64,000 nt of DNA from Patescibacteria group bacterium (lineage in GTDB: Bacteria; Patescibacteriota; Minisyncoccia; Phycocordibacterales; PALSA-1337): contig JAGXAG010000001.1 of the NCBI GenBank assembly GCA_018971685.1, positions 90,396 through 154,395 of the forward strand. Reading direction: 5' to 3'. The notes under the pieces were generated by a model. That model saw only the letters and a list, made by a program, of their open reading frames with translations. It was not told the DNA's origin and ran no database searches. The position numbers and the translations under genes are program-made. Positions 29,401 through 39,209 of the stretch are shown here, piece after piece. The first letter of the stretch is position 1. Each line of letters begins with the position of its first letter.

Positions 29401-29474
29401 CGTACTATTAACGCCAGGAATAAAGGGCCAACATCGTAAGGCTCTATTAATAAACTGTAAGTCTATTATTTATC

Positions 29475-31031
29475 ATGAAGAAATCTTTATTTTCATTCGT
29501 TGTTCCATTGGCAGCGGTTTTTGCGTTTGCGGTAACCGTATTCATCCCGGCACCGGCAAGTGCGCAGACCACGCCGATTTGTCCTGCCGGTTACACTTGT
29601 ACGCCCATTAATCCTCAACCCATGAATTGTCCGGCGGGGTATATTTGCACGCCGACAAGCCTGCCTGCGCAAACATATTGCCATACTTTCAATACCAATT
29701 TAGGCATTGGCAGTTCTGGCGACGAAGTAGCCGCTTTGGTAAAAGTTTTGGGTATGGACGGTGAAGCGTTGGGTGTCGGCGGTTACTATAATCAATTTAA
29801 CGAAAATGTCGCATCAGCAGTCTCGTCATTCCAAGAGAAATACTCTTCAGACATTCTTACTCCAGTCGGCTTAACTTATGGCACCGGTTATGTCGGCGCG
29901 TCGACTCGGGCGAAATTGAATCAGTTATATGGATGCGTGACGACCAGCAATCAGAGTTCGCATGTAATATCATATCTTCAAGCGGCGGCCGAAGACAAAA
30001 ATATTATGCATGCCGGAGAACAAACCTGGATTTATGGATCGGGACTTTCTAGCGCTCAATATATAATGATAAACGGTCAAAGTGTGCCGATGTTACACTC
30101 TAGCGATACCTCGGTCTCGTTTTATGCGCCTTCATCGTTGCAAAATGGCACCGCTTCCATTTATGTCGGAGATCAAACTCTTTGGACAAGTAACTCAATT
30201 ACCGTTCAAACTGTAGCAAACGCCGCGAATTCTTCTTGTGCCTCCGGCCAAACATGGAACGGCACGGCGTGCGTAACAACGCAACCTTCAATCACCGTCT
30301 TGAGCCCGAATGGGGGACAGGTTTTCAATTCAGGAGGAACACTTACGGTAAATTGGAGTGCAAACAACATACCTGCGGCAGATTATTATCTATTCGTCTA
30401 CCTAAAGACCAAGCCGGATCAGATACTGGGCGGAACCGTATCCAATACCTATATTCCGCTTATGTTTAGAATCCGAAATGGAACAATGTTGACTTCGTCG
30501 TATACTACCAACATCACTTCGCCAGATACAAAAGGTGGCGGTGTAAGTCCCGGAGCGTATTATATTGAAGTTGATGCCGCTGATGAAAATGGCAATGTAT
30601 ACGCATCCGGAACAAGTAACGGAACCATTACCATTACTCCCCCAACTCCAGTGTCCGCAGTATCGCCCTCGATCACTTCGATTACCCCGACATCCGGCGT
30701 AGCGGGCGGCAAGGTACAGGTGACGCTTTACGGAACGGGTTTCATTCAGGGTACGCAAGTGTCATTCACAGGTCCGGTCGGTCCGTCGGCGACGAATACG
30801 CAAGTGCCGGCGTCGTCGATTTCCGCCGATGGAACCAGCCTGACTGTGGCTATGCCGACAACACTGACACCGGGCACTTACAATGTAAGAGTGATAAATA
30901 CTAACGGCATGAGCGCCAGAGCGGTATTCACGGTGACGCAATCGCCCAGCACGCAAACTTCCAGCATAATGGACGCACTCAGGGCGTATTGTAATAGCGG
31001 AGGCCAGTATTGCGACAGTTCGTGGAGGTAA
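29475..31031 (+). CDS. Secreted/surface protein with Cys-motif repeats, peptidoglycan-binding-like domain and Ig-like (IPT/TIG) domains
   Basis: Signal peptide MKKSLFSFVVPLAAVFAFA; CPAGYTCTP/CPAGYICTP repeats; PG_binding-like segment; TIG-like SITSITPTSGVAGGKVQVTLYGTGF. Confidence 0.6.
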   Translation: MKKSLFSFVVPLAAVFAFAVTVFIPAPASAQTTPICPAGYTCTPINPQPMNCPAGYICTPTSLPAQTYCHTFNTNLGIGSSGDEVAALVKVLGMDGEALGVGGYYNQFNENVASAVSSFQEKYSSDILTPVGLTYGTGYVGASTRAKLNQLYGCVTTSNQSSHVISYLQAAAEDKNIMHAGEQTWIYGSGLSSAQYIMINGQSVPMLHSSDTSVSFYAPSSLQNGTASIYVGDQTLWTSNSITVQTVANAANSSCASGQTWNGTACVTTQPSITVLSPNGGQVFNSGGTLTVNWSANNIPAADYYLFVYLKTKPDQILGGTVSNTYIPLMFRIRNGTMLTSSYTTNITSPDTKGGGVSPGAYYIEVDAADENGNVYASGTSNGTITITPPTPVSAVSPSITSITPTSGVAGGKVQVTLYGTGFIQGTQVSFTGPVGPSATNTQVPASSISADGTSLTVAMPTTLTPGTYNVRVINTNGMSARAVFTVTQSPSTQTSSIMDALRAYCNSGGQYCDSSWR

Positions 31032-31040
31032 AGTAATCGC

Positions 31041-31079
31041 GGTAAAACCACCACGAGGTCCGACCTCGTGGTGGTTTTT
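31041..31079 (+). terminator. Rho-independent terminator
   Basis: aaaaccaccacgaggtc-cga-gacctcgtggtggttttta, a 13-bp perfect stem plus T-tract. Confidence 0.65.
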
Positions 31080-31216
31080 ATGTTGACAAATAAGGTGTTT
31101 GCACATTTTGTACCCAAAGGTGCGAAAAAACGGTAAAAAACGCACCTTAAGGTACGAAATATGCTAATTTTAAGAAAAAATTTATAGAATAATTGAATTG
31201 ATGCTATAATCAACGC

Positions 31217-32737
31217 ATGAAAATATTCAAGCGTTTTCGGTTGAGAACTTATGTAATCGCTGGAATAATAATTCTGGTAATCGTATTCATAGCCGTGGCA
31301 AGCCGCGGATCCTCGGTATCGAACATAGAGTCCGCCGCCGTGACCAGGGGCAATATCGTCGAGCAAGTGAGCGTAACAGGCAAAGTGTCGCCGATCGACA
31401 AAGCCGACCTCGCTTTCGAGAAAAGCGGCGTAATTTCCAAAATCTTTGTGAAAGTCGGCGACAGCGTCAAGGCCGGCGACAAAATCGCGGCGCTGGACAG
31501 CGCCGGCGATCTCGCCAATCTGCAGTCGGCGCAAGCCAAACTCGACGATATGACCAGGACTTTGCGTCCCGAAGAATTGAGCGCCGAGCAGGCTAAAGTT
31601 GACTCGGCGAAAACTGCGCTGGATAACGCCAAAACCGACGCCTTGAACGCCGCGCGCGACGGATATGTCGAGACGGAAGGCGCAGTGGTAAATTATGCCG
31701 ACGCGTTCTTTACCAACCCACAAAGCGCCAATCCGACCATAAAAGTGACGACGCAGTCGCAGACTCAGGAAAATAGCATCGACGCCGAGCGCGTGGCCGT
31801 CACGGACGAATTGGCGGCGTGGCAAGCGGATTTGGCCGCGGCGACTTCGACGGATCGGGCCGCGTATTATCTATCGCGCGCGCACGGCCACCTTTCGATG
31901 ATCAAGAATTTCATGAACGATCTTTCCGGCATCGCGAACTATTTGAGCCCGGGCAATTCCGGGCTGGTGCAATCGGCAATCGATGCATATGTCGGCGCCA
32001 TGAATTCGGCGCAATCGGCGCTGAATCAGGCGATTTCCTCGGTAACAACGGCGGAAGCGGAACTGCAAAACGCTTCCGCGGCATACGACGAGGCGCGCAG
32101 CAATTTCATCCTGAAAAACGCCGGTTCTTCGCCGGAAGCGATCGCGGCACAGCAAGCTTCGGTGGCGTATTACCAGTCCGCTCTGGATAACGATGTCCTG
32201 GTTTCGCCGATCGACGGATTGGTTACGCGCGTCGATCCGAGCGATGGTGAATTTGTCTCGGCCGGGCAATCGGCGTTCTCGGTGCAGAGTTACGGCGATT
32301 ACAAGGTGGAAGCTTATGTGCCGGAAGCGGACATCGCCAAAGTGGCCTTGAATAATACCGCGGCGATCACGCTCGACGCTTACGGTCCGGATGTCAACTT
32401 TCCGGCGGTAGTTACCGCCATTGATCCGGCCGAAACGGTTCTGGAAGGCGTGCCCACTTACAAAGTCACCATGCATTTTACCCAAAAAGACGATCGCGTC
32501 CGCTCGGGCATGACGGCCAATACGGAAATCTTGACTCACGAACACGACAATGTGCTTACGATCCCCACGCGCGCCGTGGTCGACAATAGCGGCCAGAAAT
32601 CCGTGCGCGTCCTCGACGCCGACGGCAAAACTTACCGATCGGTGCCGGTCGTCGCCGGTCTGAAAGGGTCGGACGGCATGACGGAGATTATTTCGGGGCT
32701 TACGGAAGGGCAAAAGGTGGTGACTTATGTGAAGTAA
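31217..32737 (+). CDS. HlyD/MacA-like efflux periplasmic adaptor protein
   Basis: N-terminal TM anchor, biotin-lipoyl-like VKAGDKIAALD, long coiled coil, beta-barrel C-terminus. Confidence 0.8.
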   Translation: MKIFKRFRLRTYVIAGIIILVIVFIAVASRGSSVSNIESAAVTRGNIVEQVSVTGKVSPIDKADLAFEKSGVISKIFVKVGDSVKAGDKIAALDSAGDLANLQSAQAKLDDMTRTLRPEELSAEQAKVDSAKTALDNAKTDALNAARDGYVETEGAVVNYADAFFTNPQSANPTIKVTTQSQTQENSIDAERVAVTDELAAWQADLAAATSTDRAAYYLSRAHGHLSMIKNFMNDLSGIANYLSPGNSGLVQSAIDAYVGAMNSAQSALNQAISSVTTAEAELQNASAAYDEARSNFILKNAGSSPEAIAAQQASVAYYQSALDNDVLVSPIDGLVTRVDPSDGEFVSAGQSAFSVQSYGDYKVEAYVPEADIAKVALNNTAAITLDAYGPDVNFPAVVTAIDPAETVLEGVPTYKVTMHFTQKDDRVRSGMTANTEILTHEHDNVLTIPTRAVVDNSGQKSVRVLDADGKTYRSVPVVAGLKGSDGMTEIISGLTEGQKVVTYVK

Positions 32738-32770
32738 TGGATGACTTGTTTGCGTGCCTGGTGTAAATGC

Positions 32771-33862
32771 ATGAAAGATTTATTCACGCGGTCAAAATCG
32801 AATCCGATCTTGAAACCCAATCCGGATAACGGCTGGGAGTCATTGAAAGTTTATAATCCCGGTGCCATTTTCCATGAAGGCAAATATCATCTCTTTTACC
32901 GCGCGGTCGGCAAAAGCGAGGATGCTCACTCCGCCATAGGCTATGCGACTTCCGTTGACGGCGAACATTTCGATCGATATCCAAAGCCGATACTTGACCG
33001 TGAAGAAGGCAACCCCCTTGAACTCCGCGGCTTGGAAGATCCCAGAATCACGAAAATCGGAGACACATTTTATATGGCATATGCGGCATATGATGGTAAG
33101 TTACCCAGACTTTGCACTGCAGAGTCAAAAGATTTGGCAATCTGGCATAAACAGGGGATTGCGTTTAAAAATTTTGACTTTATAAGTACCGATGGCAGAT
33201 TTTGGGGATTAAAAGGAGAAGGCAAATTTAGAGTGAACGCGGCGACGAAAAAGCAAAAAAATAACTGGAGCAAATCAGGCGCTATCTTTCCAGAAAAGAT
33301 TAACAATAAATACTGGATGATTTTTAATGATCCTACGATTTGGATAGCGAATTCGGACGATGCTATAAATTGGAACCTTGCCGTCAAAGAACCGTTGATT
33401 TACTCACGAACCAGTACTGATTTATTTGACAATTTGTATGTCGAAGTCGGTCCGCCGCCGATTAAAACCAATAGAGGGTGGTTTGTTATGTATCATGGGA
33501 TTAATGAATTACATCAGTATCAATTGGGATTTGTGCTTTTAGAACTTAATAATCCGTTGAAAGTCATCTATCGTTCCAGTGGACCTATATTCGGACCAAG
33601 AGAAGAATATGAACTTGGTGGCATGGTCGATATTGTACCAGGCGTTATGGATTTGATTTGGGAAGGTGATGAACGAAAAATCAAGCTACATCTGAAAGAA
33701 GCGGAGGCGAAAGGTTTCATGCCGCAGGTCGCATTTGTTCCGGCGGCCGTGCTAGTCGATGGTAATCTGCGCTTATTCTACGGCGCCGGCGATCAATACA
33801 TCTGCACCGCAACCGCACGAATCGACGATATTCTAGCGACGATTGATTCGGTTCAGGCTTGA
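32771..33862 (+). CDS. GH130-like glycosidase/phosphorylase (beta-propeller)
   Basis: NPILKP...VYNPGAIFHEGKYHLFYRA...GYATSVDG pattern of GH130/DUF377-type proteins. Confidence 0.55.
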   Translation: MKDLFTRSKSNPILKPNPDNGWESLKVYNPGAIFHEGKYHLFYRAVGKSEDAHSAIGYATSVDGEHFDRYPKPILDREEGNPLELRGLEDPRITKIGDTFYMAYAAYDGKLPRLCTAESKDLAIWHKQGIAFKNFDFISTDGRFWGLKGEGKFRVNAATKKQKNNWSKSGAIFPEKINNKYWMIFNDPTIWIANSDDAINWNLAVKEPLIYSRTSTDLFDNLYVEVGPPPIKTNRGWFVMYHGINELHQYQLGFVLLELNNPLKVIYRSSGPIFGPREEYELGGMVDIVPGVMDLIWEGDERKIKLHLKEAEAKGFMPQVAFVPAAVLVDGNLRLFYGAGDQYICTATARIDDILATIDSVQA

Positions 33863-33887
33863 CTACTAAGCACATGGCGATATAATT

Positions 33888-34103
33888 GTGGTTATGAGTA
33901 AAATAACCATATCAAAAACCGAATATTCAAACCTAAAGAAACAGTCGAAAGCTTATAGAGTTGTCATGGCCAGATTATTCGAGTTGTTGATAAAAGATCC
34001 CGTCAAATCAGTCGTAGACGATTTTCGTAAAATCGGCCTGTATTCTGACGGATTCCTGTCCGATCTGGAAGCGGGATTGCGCAAATCTTCCTACGGTGGT
34101 TAA
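33888..34103 (+). CDS. Putative antitoxin partner of the YoeB-like toxin
   Basis: Small ORF 8 nt upstream of the toxin gene; no strong motif. Confidence 0.3.
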   Translation: MVMSKITISKTEYSNLKKQSKAYRVVMARLFELLIKDPVKSVVDDFRKIGLYSDGFLSDLEAGLRKSSYGG

Positions 34104-34111
34104 TCAACGGC

Positions 34112-34363
34112 ATGAAAATTGAACCTCTTCGGAGAGATCTTCTTGAATATTTGAACAGCCACAAGCTTGCCTCCAAATGGAAGAAGTCCGCAAGATTATT
34201 TGAGACTAATGTGCGCCATCCGTCACTTCATGTGGAATTGCTGGAGCCGAAATGGCACGGCATTTATTCTTTCAGGATTGATAAAAAATATCGCGCCCTG
34301 TTTTTCATAGTAGACGGAGCTTCTGCGGAAGTATTTCAGATTACCAATCATTACAAGAAATAA
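34112..34363 (+). CDS. YoeB/Txe-like (RelE/ParE superfamily) toxin
   Basis: C-terminal LEPKWHGIYSFRIDKKYRALFFIVDG...VFQITNHY resembles YoeB E.LK..G.WSRRI...RLVY..D....I...YHY. Confidence 0.5.
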   Translation: MKIEPLRRDLLEYLNSHKLASKWKKSARLFETNVRHPSLHVELLEPKWHGIYSFRIDKKYRALFFIVDGASAEVFQITNHYKK

Positions 34364-34406
34364 AATCGATGAAGACGGGCAATAAATTCAAGGGACTGAA
34401 AACAAA

Positions 34407-35126
34407 ATGGATATTATCGTAGCAAAAGACTTGCGAAAGTCATACAAGGATGGTGAGGCCGAGACGGTCGCTTTGGACGGCGTTTCATTCACGGTGAGGA
34501 AAGGGGAGTTCATGGCGATCATGGGGCCGTCGGGGAGCGGCAAGTCGACACTGTTGCATGTTTTGGGATTACTCGACGAGCCGACGAGCGGGCACTACGG
34601 CTTCAACGGCAAGGATACTTCCGAATATTCGCGTGACGAGTTGGCGGATCTGCGCAATCGGGAAGTTGGCTTCGTTTTCCAGGCGTTCAATCTGCTACCC
34701 AGGACTTCGGTGCTCGAGAATGTCAAACTGCCGCTTTATTATTCAGGCATCGATGAGAGCGAATGGGAAAATCTCGCCAAAAAAGCGGTTGAAGATGTCG
34801 GGCTCGGGCAGCGCATGTATCACGAACAGGCCGAACTTTCCGGCGGCGAAAAACAGAGAGTCGCCATTGCGCGGGCGCTCGTCACCGACCCGGAAGTGAT
34901 ATTTGCCGACGAGCCGACCGGCAACCTCGATTCCAAATCGGGCAAGAATGTCATGTCGATCATTCAGCACCTGAATGAAGAGCACGGCAAAACAATCGTC
35001 CTTATCACCCACGAAACTTCCACGGCCGAACATTCCGAGCGCATTATCCGGCTTCTGGACGGGAAAATTGAGAGCGATGAGAAGGTCGCAAAACGCTTGA
35101 CGGCGGATGATGAGTTTGTGAAATGA
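34407..35126 (+). CDS. ABC transporter ATP-binding protein (MacB/LolD family)
   Basis: Walker [11 protein letters not shown]-loop, signature [15 protein letters not shown], Walker [12 protein letters not shown]. Confidence 0.9.
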   Translation: MDIIVAKDLRKSYKDGEAETVALDGVSFTVRKGEFMAIMGPSGSGKSTLLHVLGLLDEPTSGHYGFNGKDTSEYSRDELADLRNREVGFVFQAFNLLPRTSVLENVKLPLYYSGIDESEWENLAKKAVEDVGLGQRMYHEQAELSGGEKQRVAIARALVTDPEVIFADEPTGNLDSKSGKNVMSIIQHLNEEHGKTIVLITHETSTAEHSERIIRLLDGKIESDEKVAKRLTADDEFVK

Positions 35127-35197
35127 AGCGCAGGTGCCTGTTTTGTCGATCACGGTGAGCCAGTCAAATTGATTCAAGTAAAACCGAAAATTTCCAA

Positions 35198-36436
35198 ATG
35201 ACTTACAAACATATATTCAATACGGCGATCAGAGGACTGTCGACCAACCGGTCGCGCTCTTTCCTGACGATTTTCGGCATAGTGATCGGCATCACGGCGA
35301 TCATGCTGGTGGTGTCTTTGGGCGCGGGCGCGCAGGATCTGATACTCGGCCAGGTGCAGGGTCTGGGCACGAATACCATAGCCGTTATTCCCGGCAGGGA
35401 ACCGACCGGACCGTCCGATGTGACCGCCCTATACAGCGACTCGCTCAAGGACAAGGACATAACCGCGCTCACCAATAAAGGCAATGTGCCGTATTTGAAA
35501 AGCATCATGCCCGTGGTCTTCGGCGCCGGCGCTTCGTCTTACGGTTCCAATACCTATCAAGTGACCATATTCGGCGGCACCGATCTCGTCGCCGAAGTAT
35601 TCGATCTGCATCCGTCCGAAGGCCAGTTTTTTGACGCCAGCGACGTGCCGTCCCGTTCAAATGTGGCGGTCATCGGTTCCGATGTCGTCGATCACTTGTT
35701 CGACGGGCAAGATCCTGTAGGGCAAAATATCAAAGTAAAGAGCCGGAACCTGCGCGTGGTGGGCGTATTGCCCAAGTCCGGCGGCGGCACTCTCTTCAAT
35801 TTCGATTCTATGGTCATAATGCCGTATACTACGGCGCAGGATTACATTCTGGGTCAGAAATATTTCAGCCGCATAATCATACAAACCGAGACGGATGCGG
35901 AAGTGGCGGTTACGGCCGAGGACATCAAGCTCACCCTACGGGATTCTCACGGGATCACCGATCCGACCAAGGACGACTTTACGGTCCAAACACAGCAGGA
36001 TCTGGCCAACAGGCTGGGAACGATCACTTCGGCGCTCACCTGGTTCCTGGTGGCGGTGGCATCAATCGCGCTTTTTGTCGGCGGCGTCGGCATCATGAAT
36101 ATCATGCTGGTGGCGGTGACGGAACGCACGCGGGAGATCGGCCTTCGGAAAGCGCTGGGCGCGACGGATCGCGATATTCTGTCGCAATTCTTGCTGGAAG
36201 CGGTCTTGCTCACGGCGATCGGCGGAGCGATCGGGATATTCTTGGGGACGGTGTTAGCGTTCGTGATCTCGGTCGGCCTTTCGAAAGGCCTGGGCGTGAA
36301 CTGGCAGTATGTTTTCCCTTGGGGCGGCGCGCTCTTGGGTTTCGGCGTGTCGGCGCTCGTCGGTCTTGTTTTCGGCGGCTATCCGGCCAGCCAAGCGAGC
36401 AAAAAGAGTCCGATCGAGGCGTTACGGTATGAGTGA
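35198..36436 (+). CDS. ABC transporter permease, FtsX-like (MacB-type)
   Basis: MacB_PCD-like periplasmic domain plus the C-terminal four-TM FtsX domain. Confidence 0.85.
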   Translation: MTYKHIFNTAIRGLSTNRSRSFLTIFGIVIGITAIMLVVSLGAGAQDLILGQVQGLGTNTIAVIPGREPTGPSDVTALYSDSLKDKDITALTNKGNVPYLKSIMPVVFGAGASSYGSNTYQVTIFGGTDLVAEVFDLHPSEGQFFDASDVPSRSNVAVIGSDVVDHLFDGQDPVGQNIKVKSRNLRVVGVLPKSGGGTLFNFDSMVIMPYTTAQDYILGQKYFSRIIIQTETDAEVAVTAEDIKLTLRDSHGITDPTKDDFTVQTQQDLANRLGTITSALTWFLVAVASIALFVGGVGIMNIMLVAVTERTREIGLRKALGATDRDILSQFLLEAVLLTAIGGAIGIFLGTVLAFVISVGLSKGLGVNWQYVFPWGGALLGFGVSALVGLVFGGYPASQASKKSPIEALRYE

Positions 36437-36437
36437 G
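36375..36437. repeat. Left copy of the ~63-bp direct repeat (permease 3' end) bounding the DGR island
   Basis: ggcggctatccggccagccaagcgagcaaaaagagtccgatcga... repeated at 42331-42393 (44 nt identical, then 5 mismatches); both encode GGYPASQASKKSPIEALRYE*. Confidence 0.9.
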
Positions 36438-36552
36438 GCATTGTTCCAAGTTTTCTCTTTCATATAAAATAATAACGGCGATCTTAAAGACGCTTAAATT
36501 ATCCACAGGTAAATCTTAAATTCGGCGTTGTTTTTTTGTTATAATTTGATTC

Positions 36553-37572
36553 ATGAAGAGAGCGATTGTCATGATTTCTTTCGGTTCGGTATTGATTCTT
36601 ACCCCGTTTTTTGAGGTTATGGCGGCTGGGTATGGAGATACCGGTTGGGGGATAACGGCTACGGTTACCAATGCATGGCAAAGCGTAGTATGTACGGTGG
36701 GATCGTGGATGTCGATAGCCCCGGCGTATTGCGGTTATGAAGAGAAAGCGGCCAACAAACCGACAGTACCAAAGACACCGTCATTAAACACCGTCATTTC
36801 CCGTGATTCAATCGGCTCAAGGCAAATCGCCGAACCGGTTCAAACATCACGGTTTTTGTCACCGACGGTGCCGTCTGTATCAGGTAAGGCCGATATCCAA
36901 TCGATAGTGAACGAAGCCGTAGCTGTGGCTTTATCTAAACTCCAGATCCCCGCCAACCAATCGCCAAGTCCCGCCGATATCACCGGTCGCGCATCGACTT
37001 CCCCAACCAATTATGCCAATACTATTCCACCGGACATATACCGTTTTGTTTCCGATCAGGCCTCATCGAACGGTTACAGTGCAGGTCAAGCCGTATCGAA
37101 CAGTGCATCGGCCATAACCTCCGCATATACTTCCGCCATATCAGACGCCGTTACCGGCGGGCTTACCGCCTTCGATGGTTCGACTCTGCATGCGGGTACA
37201 AGCACCTTAGGCCAACTTACGGCAGGATCAACCACACTCTCAAGCCTAAATGTATCCGGAAATGCTGCCGTAACAGGCGCTCTCACTGTCGGTTCTCTGG
37301 TTTCGGGCGGTCAGACCATAGGAGGTAACTTCGGTGTTAGTGGCACGACCACCCTAGCTACTACAACGGTTAGCAATCTATCGGCTTCAACTATGAGTAT
37401 TGGTTCATTGAGCGGTATACTATATGGGAACAATGGGATTGTCGGGACTACCAGTTTGTCCAGTCTCACTTCAAACATTATATCCACACAAGGCAATACT
37501 ATAACTTCAAATATAAACGGTGTACAGGCTAGCGCCTTATTGCCGTATGCGTCGGCTTCGAGCGACGGTTAG
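36553..37572 (+). CDS. N-terminal part of the DGR target protein (signal peptide plus S/T-rich repeat region), ended by an in-frame TAG
   Basis: Signal peptide MKRAIVMISFGSVLILTPFFEVMAAG; the TAGSTTLSSLNVSG repeat continues as TAGSTTLSSLSVTG in the next ORF, in the same frame. Confidence 0.5.
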   Translation: MKRAIVMISFGSVLILTPFFEVMAAGYGDTGWGITATVTNAWQSVVCTVGSWMSIAPAYCGYEEKAANKPTVPKTPSLNTVISRDSIGSRQIAEPVQTSRFLSPTVPSVSGKADIQSIVNEAVAVALSKLQIPANQSPSPADITGRASTSPTNYANTIPPDIYRFVSDQASSNGYSAGQAVSNSASAITSAYTSAISDAVTGGLTAFDGSTLHAGTSTLGQLTAGSTTLSSLNVSGNAAVTGALTVGSLVSGGQTIGGNFGVSGTTTLATTTVSNLSASTMSIGSLSGILYGNNGIVGTTSLSSLTSNIISTQGNTITSNINGVQASALLPYASASSDG

Positions 37573-37623
37573 GTTTCCACCACCACCCAGTCATTTTCCG
37601 GTAACAAGAATTTCTCAGGATCA

Positions 37624-38457
37624 TTGACGGCAGGTTCGACCACACTATCATCGCTGTCAGTCACAGGTTCGACATCTTTGGCGTCGCTTGCAGTCAGCGG
37701 CGTTACGGCATTGTCAGGTCCTCTTACGGTCTCTCTCGGTAGCCTGTCCGGGTCTGATACTTATTATGATATGAGTAAAATAGCAAATTACAATCAAATG
37801 TCCATAAGCTCCGGACAGATACAACTGTCTCTGGCGTGGACTTGTGGAAGTCACACTCTGGTAGGCCCAGACGGTTTGACCTATGGTACTGTCGTCGGGG
37901 CTGACGGCAACTGCTGGCTGGACAGGAACCTAGGCGCTACGGAAGTAGCCACAGCCTACAACGATGCCAATGCATATGGTTACTACTATCAATGGGGACG
38001 CGGTATGGATGGCCACCAGATATCTACCAGTTTGACCACAAATACTCTATCCTCCACTGACCAGCCGGGCAACAGCAATTTCATATTGGCGCCAAGCTCT
38101 CCTTATGACTGGCGTAGTCCGCAGAATAACAATCTATGGCAAGGAGCGTCGGGAGTAAACAATCCTTGTCCGAATGGATTCCGCTTGCCGACTAACCAGG
38201 AATGGTCGAACCTGGTATCGGCGGCGGGAATTACCGATTACTCAACAGCTTTCAGTTCCTCATTGAAACTAACACTAGCCGGCGACCGCGACTACTCCTC
38301 CGGTAGTCTCAGCCCTCAGGGAGGTTTCGGTCTCTACTGGTCGAGCTCAGTCTCCGGTGCGAATGCTTTCTCCCTGTACTTCAGCTCTTCCGGGGTTAGC
38401 CCTTCGTACTCGTACTACCGGGCCTACGGCTTCTCGGTTCGTTGTATAAAGAATTGA
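37624..38457 (+). CDS. DGR variable (target) protein with a C-type-lectin/FGE-like fold and C-terminal VR
   Basis: TTG start in frame with the upstream ORF; C-terminal ...YWSSSVSGANAFSLYFSSSGVSPSYSYYRAYGFSVRCIKN is a variable-repeat copy of the TR. Confidence 0.75.
   Translation: MTAGSTTLSSLSVTGSTSLASLAVSGVTALSGPLTVSLGSLSGSDTYYDMSKIANYNQMSISSGQIQLSLAWTCGSHTLVGPDGLTYGTVVGADGNCWLDRNLGATEVATAYNDANAYGYYYQWGRGMDGHQISTSLTTNTLSSTDQPGNSNFILAPSSPYDWRSPQNNNLWQGASGVNNPCPNGFRLPTNQEWSNLVSAAGITDYSTAFSSSLKLTLAGDRDYSSGSLSPQGGFGLYWSSSVSGANAFSLYFSSSGVSPSYSYYRAYGFSVRCIKN
38277..38451 (+). repeat. DGR variable repeat (VR)
   Basis: About 170 nt homologous to the TR; 19 mismatches, every one at a TR adenine; 3' ends identical (ggcttctcggttcgttgtataaag). 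Confidence 0.85.
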
Positions 38458-38486
38458 CAATTTATCAATTTGACAATTAAAAAATT

Positions 38487-39209
38487 ATGGCGCTCTACTA
38501 CACATTGCCGATATACAAATCTAGTTACAAACTTGCTTTCTTGTTGTTCGATGCCTCTACCCATTTTGCCAGAGAGTATAAATATACTGTTGGTCAGCAA
38601 TTGAAAGACGAAGCGATGAAATTGGTTAAAAATGTGTATAGAGCCAATAAAGCTATTGATAAAAATTGTGCCATAAATGAGGCGAGAGAAAATGCGGAAA
38701 TGATACGGCTGATGGTCCGTCTGATGAAGGATTTCAATCAGCTTAGCCTGAAAAAATTCCTGGAAATCAATCTGTGCATAGAAGATGTGTCCAAGCAACT
38801 CACTTCTTGGGGAAAGAGCTTTAGGACAAAATTATCAATACCGCCTGAATCGTCTGTAGCCAGAGCCCAGACGAGCGTGCGGAGCAAATTCAATGGCCCC
38901 CTTGCCTCATCAGGCAAGGAATATCGTCCGGATCACGGATGTGTTTCGCCGTCCCGTACTCATGGGGAAGGTGCGACAAATACAGAGGCCATAATCACAG
39001 TAGCCGGCTACCGCGACAACTCCTCCGGTAGTCTCAACAATCAGGGAGGTAACGGTAACTACTGGTCGAGCTCAGTCTCCGGTACGAATGCTTTCAACCT
39101 GAACTTCAACTCTTCCGGGGTTAACCCTTCGAACACGAACAACCGGGCCAACGGCTTCTCGGTTCGTTGTATAAAGCATTTGCAAATAGCGTATGAAAAA
39201 GTCAATTAA
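38487..39209 (+). CDS. avd: Avd-like accessory variability determinant (first ~115 aa) in an ORF that reads through the TR
   Basis: Helical, basic N-terminal part (about 115 aa) at the position of Avd; the rest of the ORF is TR sequence in an open frame. Confidence 0.5.
   Translation: MALYYTLPIYKSSYKLAFLLFDASTHFAREYKYTVGQQLKDEAMKLVKNVYRANKAIDKNCAINEARENAEMIRLMVRLMKDFNQLSLKKFLEINLCIEDVSKQLTSWGKSFRTKLSIPPESSVARAQTSVRSKFNGPLASSGKEYRPDHGCVSPSRTHGEGATNTEAIITVAGYRDNSSGSLNNQGGNGNYWSSSVSGTNAFNLNFNSSGVNPSNTNNRANGFSVRCIKHLQIAYEKVN
39002..39176 (+). repeat. DGR template repeat (TR)
   Basis: Adenine-rich (AAC codons: NNQGGNGNYW...NLNFN...NTNNRAN) counterpart of the VR, immediately upstream of the RT. 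Confidence 0.85.

Noticed and set aside
38851-39209. C-terminal half of ORF 38487-39209 treated as protein
   Set aside because: This stretch is the DGR template repeat plus linker. It stays open because the TR preserves the VR reading frame. Only the N-terminal ~115 aa look like Avd.
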